Source: an uncultured Candidatus Saccharibacteria bacterium (GTDB taxonomy: Bacteria; Patescibacteriota; Minisyncoccia; Phycocordibacterales; UBA2100). From it: 43,957 nucleotides of DNA. Position 1 is the stretch's first letter; each line of letters starts with the position of its first letter. Below, one piece after another: positions 1-8,772 of the stretch. The stretch is taken from positions 1-43,957 of the forward strand of contig CAYIDY010000005.1 in assembly GCA_964362305.1 (NCBI GenBank), read 5' to 3'. Under the pieces are notes generated by a model. That model was not told the DNA's origin, did no database searches, and was given only the letters and a program-made list of their open reading frames with translations. A program made the translations under genes and the position numbers.

Positions 1-150
1 GGATAACCGCTGAAAGCATCTAAGCGGGAAACCAACTCCAAGATAAGGAATCGTTATAGACTCGTGGGAGATGACCACGTTGATAGGCACCAGGTGTACG
101 CACAGTAATGTGTTCAGCCGAGGTGTACTAATTAGTCGACAGAATTCTCA
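1..150 (+). rRNA. rrl: 23S rRNA, 3' end (partial)
   Basis: Conserved 23S 3' motifs GGATAACCGCTGAAAGCATCTAAG and GTTGATAGG...GTACTAA; exact 3' end approximate. Confidence 0.95.
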
Positions 151-344
151 TATGTGACTTCGGTCACAATTCAAACCTCTGCGCGCCGTAAGGCTCACAC
201 GTTTGATGAGGAATTTTGAGAATCGCTATTGGTTTTCTTTCTTTACTCGTGTCGTTCTTTGGTTGCCGAAGGTGTTCTTTTACGTTTGAAGATTTTGTTC
301 TAGTGATTTGGATACACACTGGAATGTAAATTGTTTGAAAATTG

Positions 345-455
345 TGTGTTGGTGATTTGGCGGTGGGGGTACACCCGTTCTCTTTCCGAACACGGAAGTT
401 AAGCCCGCCTGCGCCGATGGTAGTCGCAAGGCAAGAGTAGGTCGTCGCCAACACA
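345..455 (+). rRNA. rrf: 5S rRNA
   Basis: CCGAACACGGAAGTTAAG, GCGCCGATGGTAGT and GAGTAGGTCG motifs; ends TGTGTTGGTGA/TCGCCAACACA pair as helix I. Confidence 0.95.
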
Positions 456-644
456 GAGTTTTCAAAACAAACCGCACTTGACGTAATTCAAAGCGAGTTC
501 ACTATTGTGATGGAGATACTATAGATATAACGAAAGAGGTCGTCGCAGAACACGTGAGCATATGGAAACGTGCTTGAGTGCTCCGCGACCGGCCCTGGCA
601 CCCCCGCCAGTACGCTGAGATGCGTGGAGAGAGAGGATTCGGCG

Positions 645-812
645 ATGAGCCGAGTTCTGATCGGGCTCGCAGCTGCCCTGTTCATGTTAGCTGCCCCCGC
701 TGAAGCGGCCCCCCTGCGTCAAGAAGAGGCGCGTGAGGTGGTTTTCGAAAAAACGTGCAAACCGCCCAAATCGGTTTGCCGGCAGAATCCGTTTAAGTGT
801 TGCAACCGGTAG
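645..812 (+). CDS. Small secreted Cys-rich peptide (55 aa)
   Basis: SD GAGAGAGGA 7 nt before ATG 645; signal peptide MSRVLIGLAAALFMLAAPAEA; C-terminus C-x6-C-x6-CC; terminator follows. Confidence 0.65.
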   Translation: MSRVLIGLAAALFMLAAPAEAAPLRQEEAREVVFEKTCKPPKSVCRQNPFKCCNR

Positions 813-846
813 TTGCGCTTGAACGGAAACGTCACGGTGGGGAATT

Positions 847-883
847 GCGACTGGACACCTCTCGACCAGTCGCTTTTCTTTTT
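847..883 (+). terminator. Intrinsic terminator
   Basis: GCGACTGG/CCAGTCGC stem followed by TTTTCTTTTT. Confidence 0.8.
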
Positions 884-909
884 AATGAGGATAACGATAT
901 ACTTTGGTT

Positions 910-2139
910 ATGTCTGTAGTGCGGCTTCCTATGATAATCGCGCTTCTCATCGCGATTTTTCTCGGTAGCACCAGCACACTATTCGTTGTTGCAAAATTCT
1001 GTGGCTTACCACTCGGTACGTCACTCTGGGTTGATAAAGAGAACATCAGCAAAGGGTACGTTCTTGTATCCCCGTACTATGGCGGAACGCAATTCAGTGA
1101 GCCCGGCAGAATCCATCTCATCGATGAAAATGGTGCGATTCGTCACACGTGGACATCCAGGTACACGACGCTCATTTCGTATCTTCAGCAAGACGACCAT
1201 CTTTTTGTCGGTATGACGCCGCCTCTCAATATCAATGACTACCCGAGCGGTGGTTCGATGGGAATTATCCAAGAACTAGACTGGAACAGTGAGGTTTTGT
1301 GGGAATATAAGGACCTAAAGATGACTCACGACTTCGAGGTTATGCCGGATAAGAGTATCGCCTATATTCGTTGGCATGAAGCATCTCCGCTATTCGCATC
1401 GCGCGTGCGGGGCGGCATGCAGCTTGCGACAACCTCAGTTTGGACGAACGAAATCGTTGTCGTTAATCGTGGAAAGAATATCGTTTGGAGTTGGTTGCCT
1501 GACGACCATCTAGACCCAGGGGACTATGTGCTGAATCCGCTGATTGCACGGAACGACTGGGCGCATATGAATTCAATCCGATACGTTCCTGAGAATCCTC
1601 TAACGAAAACGCCGGCTTTTCTCGTGAGCGCGCGCAACATCAGTACTGTGTTTTTGATTGAATATCCATCGGGAAAAATACTATGGCAATCGCCCAAAGA
1701 CATGTTTGCGCTTCAGCATGATGCGACGCTTGTGGCAGAGGGGAGAATTCTCGTCTTTGACAACGGCCTCTTGCGCAAACAGCCGAAGACCTACGTCGCG
1801 AGTAGGGTTGTAGAAGTTGACCCCAATACCAACGAGATAACGTGGACGTATGACGGTGGAAAATCGGGGCTCGAAAAAATTCAATTTGCATCAAACATCA
1901 TGAGCGGTGCGCAGCGACTGGAAAATGGAAACACGCTGATTAGTGCGAGTATGCTCAACACGCTTCTTGAGGTGACGCCGGATGGCAGTGTGGCCTGGAA
2001 ATACACGAATGATTTCCGTGACGAAGCAGGTCGCATGCATGTTATTTTCAAGGCGCGGAAGTATCCGGCGGGGGCTCGGTGGGAGCAGGCATTAGATTCT
2101 GTTGCGCCCGGAGCACAACTCTGTGCTGCTATACGGTAG
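910..2139 (+). CDS. Arylsulfotransferase (ASST) family beta-propeller protein, N-terminal membrane anchor
   Basis: Motifs DWAHMNSI, QHDA, VFDNG, SGAQRLENGNTLI; start placed at ATG 910, 6 nt after TATACT. Confidence 0.85.
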   Translation: MSVVRLPMIIALLIAIFLGSTSTLFVVAKFCGLPLGTSLWVDKENISKGYVLVSPYYGGTQFSEPGRIHLIDENGAIRHTWTSRYTTLISYLQQDDHLFVGMTPPLNINDYPSGGSMGIIQELDWNSEVLWEYKDLKMTHDFEVMPDKSIAYIRWHEASPLFASRVRGGMQLATTSVWTNEIVVVNRGKNIVWSWLPDDHLDPGDYVLNPLIARNDWAHMNSIRYVPENPLTKTPAFLVSARNISTVFLIEYPSGKILWQSPKDMFALQHDATLVAEGRILVFDNGLLRKQPKTYVASRVVEVDPNTNEITWTYDGGKSGLEKIQFASNIMSGAQRLENGNTLISASMLNTLLEVTPDGSVAWKYTNDFRDEAGRMHVIFKARKYPAGARWEQALDSVAPGAQLCAAIR

Positions 2140-2165
2140 GAGAGTCCCGATGATAGTATCGAGGT

Positions 2166-2588
2166 ATGAAGAAACGCGCGGGAAGAGACTCTAAGAAAAA
2201 ACGCGTTCTCACCTATGGAACCTTCGACCTCTTGCATATCGGGCATATCAATCTGTTGCGGCGTGCGAAGGCTATGGGCGAGCACCTTACCGTCGGTCTT
2301 TCGACAGACGAGTTCAATACTCTCAAACATAAGGAATCGATTTTGCCATTCAAGCATCGCTATGCAATTCTCGAAGCTCTCAAGTTTGTCGATTGTGTAA
2401 TTCCTGAAGAGAATTGGGAGCAGAAAGCCAAGGATATCAAGACGCACAACATTGACATTCTTGTCATGGGCGATGATTGGAAGGGGAAGTTCGATTATCT
2501 TTCGTCCTTTTGCAAAGTGGTATATGTGCCGCGTACGAAACGGATATCGACCACTTCTCTTAAGCATGTAATCTCCGAAATGTTGTAG
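2166..2588 (+). CDS. tagD: Glycerol-3-phosphate cytidylyltransferase
   Basis: TYGTFDLLHIGH, MGDDWKGKFD and RTKRISTT motifs. Confidence 0.92.
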   Translation: MKKRAGRDSKKKRVLTYGTFDLLHIGHINLLRRAKAMGEHLTVGLSTDEFNTLKHKESILPFKHRYAILEALKFVDCVIPEENWEQKAKDIKTHNIDILVMGDDWKGKFDYLSSFCKVVYVPRTKRISTTSLKHVISEML

Positions 2589-2590
2589 CT

Positions 2591-4786
2591 ATGCATGCTT
2601 CTTCTGATAGAAATAATCCAGACGCCAAGATTGGATTCGTAATCTACTACCCGTTCCAGTTTTACGTATATAAAAATGTCTACGAAAAGCTAGCGAATAA
2701 AGCGGAGTTCATCATCGACCTCGGTCCGTTCTATCCGACACCGCAAACGCCCGATGTGCTTCCTGCGATTGTCGCGCTTCTTGAAAAACATGGCGCTTGT
2801 TACCGCATTCTTTCCGATGACTTGTACGTCTCGAAATTGTCAGTCGAACGTTTTCTGGAGCGCTATGACACACTGGTTTCGGTATGGAGTCGTGGTTGTG
2901 TAGTCGTGGCTGACAACCAGAAACATCTTCAGGTGCACATGACGTATGGGGCAGGGAAGGAACTGACGACCTTTGATCTCTCTAAAGCACGGTTCGACCT
3001 CATACTCGCTTACGGCAAATATGACGATGCGTTCTATTCGCAGATTGCACATTCGGTCATCGTTGGGAATCCGAAATTTGACGACTGGTTCGCGGAGGCA
3101 GTAGATGACACAAGCATTGCTTCAACGGTGGCACGGCTCGATACAAAGAAAAAGACAGTGCTGTATCTTCCAACGCATAGTGACCTCTCATCTGTCGATG
3201 AGATTGCGCCTATGCTTGGGACGCTGCGCGACAAATACAACGTCATCGTCAAGCTTCACTATTACACAGCGCGTGAGGAACCCGCGCGAGTGACCGCACT
3301 CAGTGATTCAGGAGCAATAATCTGCGGTGACGACACCGATCTTTTGCCGCTTCTCGCCTGTGCAGACGTGGTCGTGAGCGACAACTCGAGCGCTATCTTC
3401 GATGCGATGCTTGCGGGGAAGTCTCTCATCGTCACAGATTTTCATGATGCTGATTTTTTTGATACCGCCCATCAAAAAATACGCGAGTATCGTCGCGGTT
3501 CGGCACGCGCTCTGACCTATTCGGGGAGCATCGAGCAGCGCATTAAATGTGACGGCACCGTCATGACCATCACTGCTGCAGCGGATCTTGAACAAGCTAT
3601 CGCGCGGATACTCGAGAATGATGATACGCGCGAAAAGTGCAATGCACTCGCAGAGCGATTGTTCTCGTATCGTGATGGGCGCTCCGGTGAGCGTGCCGCG
3701 GCTGCGATAGAAGAGGCGCGCGCGGATGAGCGAAAAGCAAAGCCGTTCCTTTATCATGCCCTCGCGCATTACACGGCACACACGCTCCGCCGCCCATTCC
3801 TAAATGTAACTCGCAGCGAGACCTTGCCCCTCGAGGCCTCGAAACTTCTCGCATGTAGTGTGATTCTTTTTCATGAACCGCTAACATCGGCTCTGGCATT
3901 AAAGCGCTCAGTTCGGGCGCTCGTCGAACAAGAGGGAGACGTCGAGATTGGTATTTTTATCGTGACGCAAGACGAAGAAGCGCTCGAGAAAGCGGGAGTA
4001 GCAGCGACCATTCTCAATCGAGGCGATAGGGTATGCGTGCATATCCATGCGATTCAACGAGGCGAGACACTTGGCACTTCACTTACGCGGCTCATGAGTT
4101 CTATACAACATGACATAGTGTTTTTCACAACGACGCTCTGCGCCGTTCGATCTCGGTGGATTTTGACTCTTGCACGTGAATTCACAACACACCCAGAAAT
4201 CGGTGGTGTCGGAGGATTTGCACGCATCCACTTCAAGGCTTCTTCAACGGTCGAGCGATTTCTTACCCACGAGCGACATCGACAGCTCGGTATTGAAGGG
4301 GAACAAGACCCGTACGTATCATCGGTCATGCTCATTACTCAGATTTTCAATCAAACACCAGCGGGGGATGTTCGTTCAATTGCGTATCGACGTGAGTTTC
4401 TTAAGGTGCTTCCCGCATGGATTGTCTCGCTAGCGCAACTGGAAGCGTACCTGAAGATTTTCGTGCTTCTCCAGAAACCACTCGCATTTGTCATGATGCC
4501 AACATTCCTGTTTGAACCACGAACGCTGCGTGAGGCGATGCGAGAATCGTATGGGCGCGCTCTGGCTCATGGTATGGCGCGGGATGTGATACGGACGAGG
4601 TGGGTGTATCGCGCCGTCTCGCTCTACTCTGTGGCGCGAGTCTGTATTCGATATGTACTACGAGGAAAGCTGCGTCTCGCTGGTATCGCACTCAGTGTTG
4701 GTATGGCCAAGTGGTGGGGAAGCACACGGGCACGATTCGGACTCATGTATCTGCGCATTCGACAATTTCAGCGCTGGTCGCGATGA
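2591..4786 (+). CDS. CDP-glycerol glycerophosphotransferase (TagF/TagB family) with degenerate C-terminal GT2-like domain
   Basis: GNPKFD, VLYLPTH, VKLH, DVVVSDNSSAIFD and DGRSGERAA motifs; adjacent to tagD; C-terminal part only loosely GT-A like. Confidence 0.75.
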   Translation: MHASSDRNNPDAKIGFVIYYPFQFYVYKNVYEKLANKAEFIIDLGPFYPTPQTPDVLPAIVALLEKHGACYRILSDDLYVSKLSVERFLERYDTLVSVWSRGCVVVADNQKHLQVHMTYGAGKELTTFDLSKARFDLILAYGKYDDAFYSQIAHSVIVGNPKFDDWFAEAVDDTSIASTVARLDTKKKTVLYLPTHSDLSSVDEIAPMLGTLRDKYNVIVKLHYYTAREEPARVTALSDSGAIICGDDTDLLPLLACADVVVSDNSSAIFDAMLAGKSLIVTDFHDADFFDTAHQKIREYRRGSARALTYSGSIEQRIKCDGTVMTITAAADLEQAIARILENDDTREKCNALAERLFSYRDGRSGERAAAAIEEARADERKAKPFLYHALAHYTAHTLRRPFLNVTRSETLPLEASKLLACSVILFHEPLTSALALKRSVRALVEQEGDVEIGIFIVTQDEEALEKAGVAATILNRGDRVCVHIHAIQRGETLGTSLTRLMSSIQHDIVFFTTTLCAVRSRWILTLAREFTTHPEIGGVGGFARIHFKASSTVERFLTHERHRQLGIEGEQDPYVSSVMLITQIFNQTPAGDVRSIAYRREFLKVLPAWIVSLAQLEAYLKIFVLLQKPLAFVMMPTFLFEPRTLREAMRESYGRALAHGMARDVIRTRWVYRAVSLYSVARVCIRYVLRGKLRLAGIALSVGMAKWWGSTRARFGLMYLRIRQFQRWSR

Positions 4787-4818
4787 AAGGGGAATATTCA
4801 ATGAGATACAATGCAGTG

Positions 4819-6249
4819 ATGAAATCTGCTCGGTCCCTAACGACTTCAAGAGTGCCACAGCACGGAATACGAGGACATAAGTCAAAGCGACAATTCACGG
4901 GCAAGACGTTTATTATCCGACCCTACGAGATTCGTCCAAAATCGTCAGAGATGCACTTCAGATATGAGACTGTCCTTCGCGATGGCAGCACGGTTTCATT
5001 TGTTGATGTCGTTACATTTCATGAAGCAACGCCTGATATGTGGCAGCGATTGCCGGCGCCACTCCTCGCGTCATGTGCTCAATCTTTGAGTATCATGCTC
5101 GGCATAAATTATTGGATGCCGCACGCAGCTCCTGAAATTCAAATTCAAGGATTTAGTCTTACAAAAGCGCAGGCAGAATTCTGGAACGAGCTCTATACAA
5201 AAGGCCTTGGTGAGTTTTTCTTCGTAGAGAATATTGATTTTCGAGGTCTCATCTCGTTTCCTTTTGACGAAACAGCTAGCGTTGAATCCGCTCGACTCCC
5301 ACATCTCTCAGGAACTTTACTTGCAAATGGTGGAGGCAAAGACTCTGTGGTATCTGCCGAGCTTCTCAGTGAACACGGTATTCCGTTTACGCTTTTCGAA
5401 TGGCGTAGTCGACAATCACAACAAACTATCGCTAAAGTCATCGGAGCGCCGTCGATCATGGTTACGCGGGAATGGGACCGGAGCCTCGCACGCATGTGTC
5501 TTGAGGAGCCATACGAGTTTGCATTCCCTTTGGTATCAACGCTTACTTTTTTCGCCACGATTGCCGCAGCGTTGCATGGGTTTCGTTTTATCGTACTTTC
5601 AAATGAGTCGAGTTCTGATTCGGGAAATGTCGAGTACTACGGTCTCAGTGTCAATCACCAGTGGAGCAAATCAGCAGAAGCTGAAGTGCTCATCCAGAAA
5701 TATATCAACGACTTCATATCGCCGGACATCATTCACTTTTCCTTGCTACGTCCGTTTACTGAACTCGAGGCCACGCGAAGATTTTCTAAGTACCCGTACT
5801 ATTTCAGCTTGTTTTCGAGCTGTAACAATTTGTTCGGCCCGAGGAGGGTGCCAGAAAAAATAGCAGGGCAGGGTTATTGGTGTGGCCGTTGCGCAAAATG
5901 TGTATTTATATTTGCGAGTCTCAGTGCATTTCTCAAACGCGACGTCGTGATTAACATCGTTGGGGAAGATCTCTATTCAGACTCCAATCTCATGCCAATG
6001 TTCCGAAGACTACTTGGACTCGAGGGAGACAAGCCGTTTGATTGTGTTGGCGTTTCTGACGAGATGATAGTGGCGATGCATGAGGCGAGAGCTACCGGAG
6101 CCTATGCCGATACACCTGCAATGGAACTTATTGATGAGGCGCTTCGAAGAAGTGGGAAGTCAATAGACGACATGCGTCGCGATGTCTTTTCTTTCAAACC
6201 CTCGCTGCCAATTCCAGAAGCATTTGCAAAGTGTCACGAGAAATCCTAG
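4819..6249 (+). CDS. MurL-like PP-loop ATPase (UDP-MurNAc-L-Ala-L-Glu epimerase family)
   Basis: GGGKDS, SNESS, VNHQWSKS, FSLLRP, SSCN, WCGRCAKC, KPFDCVG; start 4819 (TACAAT-6nt-ATG) or 4783 (ATGA overlap). Confidence 0.75.
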   Translation: MKSARSLTTSRVPQHGIRGHKSKRQFTGKTFIIRPYEIRPKSSEMHFRYETVLRDGSTVSFVDVVTFHEATPDMWQRLPAPLLASCAQSLSIMLGINYWMPHAAPEIQIQGFSLTKAQAEFWNELYTKGLGEFFFVENIDFRGLISFPFDETASVESARLPHLSGTLLANGGGKDSVVSAELLSEHGIPFTLFEWRSRQSQQTIAKVIGAPSIMVTREWDRSLARMCLEEPYEFAFPLVSTLTFFATIAAALHGFRFIVLSNESSSDSGNVEYYGLSVNHQWSKSAEAEVLIQKYINDFISPDIIHFSLLRPFTELEATRRFSKYPYYFSLFSSCNNLFGPRRVPEKIAGQGYWCGRCAKCVFIFASLSAFLKRDVVINIVGEDLYSDSNLMPMFRRLLGLEGDKPFDCVGVSDEMIVAMHEARATGAYADTPAMELIDEALRRSGKSIDDMRRDVFSFKPSLPIPEAFAKCHEKS

Positions 6250-6277
6250 AGAGTTTTCAGGATGCACGAGTCAAACT

Positions 6278-7996
6278 TTAGGCGACATCGGGTCTCTCGA
6301 TGCAGTAGATTTCATTCGCGAATGTGGGCACGAAAAATCGTTTAGTACGTGGGTTATAGACGGGCCTATTTGTTATGCGCTCTGTAAATTGATAAAAGCT
6401 GCGCTCTGCCTTTGTCTCAGGGTCGAGTTCGGTGAGGCGGCCTGTATTGGCACCAATGAATATACTTTTTCCAATCAGGGTTGGAGAAGCGAATATGCGC
6501 GCACCGGTAGACCATCGCCATTTTTCATTAAAGGTATCGAGATCTATACAGTAGAGATTTTTATCAAGCGATGAGACGTAAACACGGTCGCCCACAATGA
6601 GCGGCGTACAGTAGAGGCCGAATTCTGCCTGAAAGCTAGAACGTACCTCTCCCGTTGCCCTATCGATGAAATAGAGGGAGCCATTCATATTTGCAACAAT
6701 CACGAGGTCTCGTTTTGCATCGTAGGCGATTGATTCTTTAATGTCATGGGCGCTAAATCCGGAATTGAGTTCATGCAGAGTAATTTCTCCGGTCGGCGTC
6801 TTCCAGAGCAGTGCGCCGGTCTTTGCATCAAAAAGGTACGCACAGCCATCGTTGCTGCCGATGATTACTTGTTGATGTTCGTGTATGTAGAGTGGTGTCG
6901 AATGAGTAAAGCAGGGCATCTCCGAGAAATGCCACTGGGTCTTTCCTGTTTTCAGATCAATCGCTGCAATCCCACCACGGCGACGCCAAAGACCGAATTC
7001 AAGACCGATAAAAAGGAGCCCAAGATCCGGGGCAATTGCTGGCGACGAGCCAATCCAATCGGCTTCCATGGACACCCAGCGTTTTTTTCCTGTTGCGGCT
7101 TCGAGTGCATAGACGTTTCCGTCATAGCCACCGAAATATACGACGCCCTCGTGTACGACCGGTGAGGAAAAGATGCCCTTACCTTTCGGATGGTGTCCAA
7201 TCTGATACTGCCACGCTACTTTGCCTGTATCTTGTTCGAGTGCCCAGAAGATGCCGGTGTCGGACCCTACGTATAGACGCGTATCATCGATAACGGGGTT
7301 CGATTTTGGAACAACATACTGATACGAAGCCCTTCCCGCAATGAATTTCCACCTAATTGAATAATTGCTCGGAATCGGAGGAGAATCGCGCTGTGAGATG
7401 TTCTTTGTGCCAAGGGCAGGGAAATCGTTCAGTTCAAAGAGGGAGGTTACCGTGATGCCTTTCTCTGCAAAATACGTGTAGTAATCCAAGTCTCTGAAGC
7501 GCACGAGTGTCCAGATTTCAGTGACCTTTTGCCCAAGGGACTCAAGAATCTCAACTTGCTTACGCGATGTGTGTCCCGAGTTTATGAGGTCATCAAGCAA
7601 GATTATGGGTACGCCGGGGCGCATCTCTCCTTCAATCATGCGCATGAGCCCATCTTTCTTGCGAGACTTTCGGATGAAGAACCCTGACATGTCCTTCACG
7701 CCAAATGCGTGTGCTCCAGCGACGAACGCAGCGACGAAAGGGATTCCCGCAGTCTCCATTCCCCCTAACTGCACGGGCGTTTTCGTGGCGCGGGATTCCC
7801 AAAATAAATGTGTCAGGTCGTCCAAAATTGGTGCGGAAAGCTCTATGGCACGAATATCAAAGAGCCAGTGTCCACCAACTTTCCTGTCCGCTTTTTTACT
7901 GGCGATAGGGGTTGCCTCAGTATTGCGAACAAATGAGCGAGTTTCAATGGCCTGTTTGACGCGTGCGAGCCGCGCAGTTCGCTCAGTGTCGTTCAT
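6278..7996 (-). CDS. Orotate-phosphoribosyltransferase-like domain fused to PQQ/BamB-like beta-propeller
   Basis: N-terminal GGMETAGIP, FFIRKSRKKDG and PRPP loop ILLDDLINSGHT; C-terminal repeats such as VYFGGYDGNVYALEAATGKKRW; no signal peptide. Confidence 0.85.
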   Translation of the reverse strand: MNDTERTARLARVKQAIETRSFVRNTEATPIASKKADRKVGGHWLFDIRAIELSAPILDDLTHLFWESRATKTPVQLGGMETAGIPFVAAFVAGAHAFGVKDMSGFFIRKSRKKDGLMRMIEGEMRPGVPIILLDDLINSGHTSRKQVEILESLGQKVTEIWTLVRFRDLDYYTYFAEKGITVTSLFELNDFPALGTKNISQRDSPPIPSNYSIRWKFIAGRASYQYVVPKSNPVIDDTRLYVGSDTGIFWALEQDTGKVAWQYQIGHHPKGKGIFSSPVVHEGVVYFGGYDGNVYALEAATGKKRWVSMEADWIGSSPAIAPDLGLLFIGLEFGLWRRRGGIAAIDLKTGKTQWHFSEMPCFTHSTPLYIHEHQQVIIGSNDGCAYLFDAKTGALLWKTPTGEITLHELNSGFSAHDIKESIAYDAKRDLVIVANMNGSLYFIDRATGEVRSSFQAEFGLYCTPLIVGDRVYVSSLDKNLYCIDLDTFNEKWRWSTGARIFASPTLIGKSIFIGANTGRLTELDPETKAERSFYQFTERITNRPVYNPRTKRFFVPTFANEIYCIERPDVA

Positions 7997-8058
7997 TCGG
8001 AAAAGTATACTCGATTTTCTCTATCGCGCACCGCTTCTTTCTCAACCCAGTCGATGTG

Positions 8059-8772
8059 TTATGGCTTGCACAAGGTTACGGTGTGGAGTGGCTGCTCTTC
8101 ATCGCTATCAAGGTCTAGTAGCTCGATGATTGCTTCGTCTTTGAAACCGGCATACGGGCGCGCTTGAATGTTGAGTGCTGTTGCCAAAAGTAATATATTT
8201 TCGCTCATATGTCCGGCTTCGATGAGGGCGTGGAGGTATGCAAGGTCTCCGTATTTGGCAGACGAACGATGCCAGACGCTGGTAAATATGACCAGAGAGG
8301 AGAGAGATAGTGATACAGGATGCGGAGCTATGGTTTTGAGGTTGAAATTTTCTGGAAGTGTCACTAAACGCTCGAGCGTGTGAGTGGTCGGATTGTAATG
8401 AAAAACGGCAGGGGACTCTGATTCGAGAGTCATAGATATTAGATATGTCTCGACGGGGTAGAGTGCTCCACCCGAAGGGTAATTCCGACTCTCTCGATCA
8501 CGGCGTTTGCGCAAGCCATGCCCTAACAGGGTTCCAATTTCTTGTAGAGACAGTGCGATTTCAGGGTTTCCGGAGATACCCGAAGCACGATTCGTGAGGG
8601 ATTCCTCTAAGGTGGTGGATAGTGTTTCGGGCTCAGGAAGAGGAATCTGCGGCATGCGCGAATAGACTTTATGTGTTCCTCTCGGTACGTTGTCGGGATG
8701 ATGGGTCGCCCCGCGGCGCGTTTTGAGCGAGGAGCGCAAATCTGCATGCAGTTGTGAGAGAAAGTTCTTCAT
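8059..8772 (-). CDS. SagB/ThcOx-family FMN-dependent azoline dehydrogenase
   Basis: RNYPSGGALYPVETY, KYGDLAY (Lys-Tyr motif), EAGHMSENILL; ATGA overlap with ycaO stop. Confidence 0.92.
   Translation of the reverse strand: MKNFLSQLHADLRSSLKTRRGATHHPDNVPRGTHKVYSRMPQIPLPEPETLSTTLEESLTNRASGISGNPEIALSLQEIGTLLGHGLRKRRDRESRNYPSGGALYPVETYLISMTLESESPAVFHYNPTTHTLERLVTLPENFNLKTIAPHPVSLSLSSLVIFTSVWHRSSAKYGDLAYLHALIEAGHMSENILLLATALNIQARPYAGFKDEAIIELLDLDSDEEQPLHTVTLCKP

Noticed and set aside
164-477. Minus-strand ORFs over the 5S rRNA and spacer
   Set aside because: Spurious frames antisense to rRNA; likewise 43538-43861 over the 16S leader
4819-6249. MurL-like protein as a RiPP tailoring epimerase
   Set aside because: Opposite strand and tied to the tag genes; adjacency is the only support
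6278-7400. PQQ-dependent dehydrogenase or BamB lipoprotein
   Set aside because: Only generic propeller repeats; no signal peptide, lipobox or pqq genes
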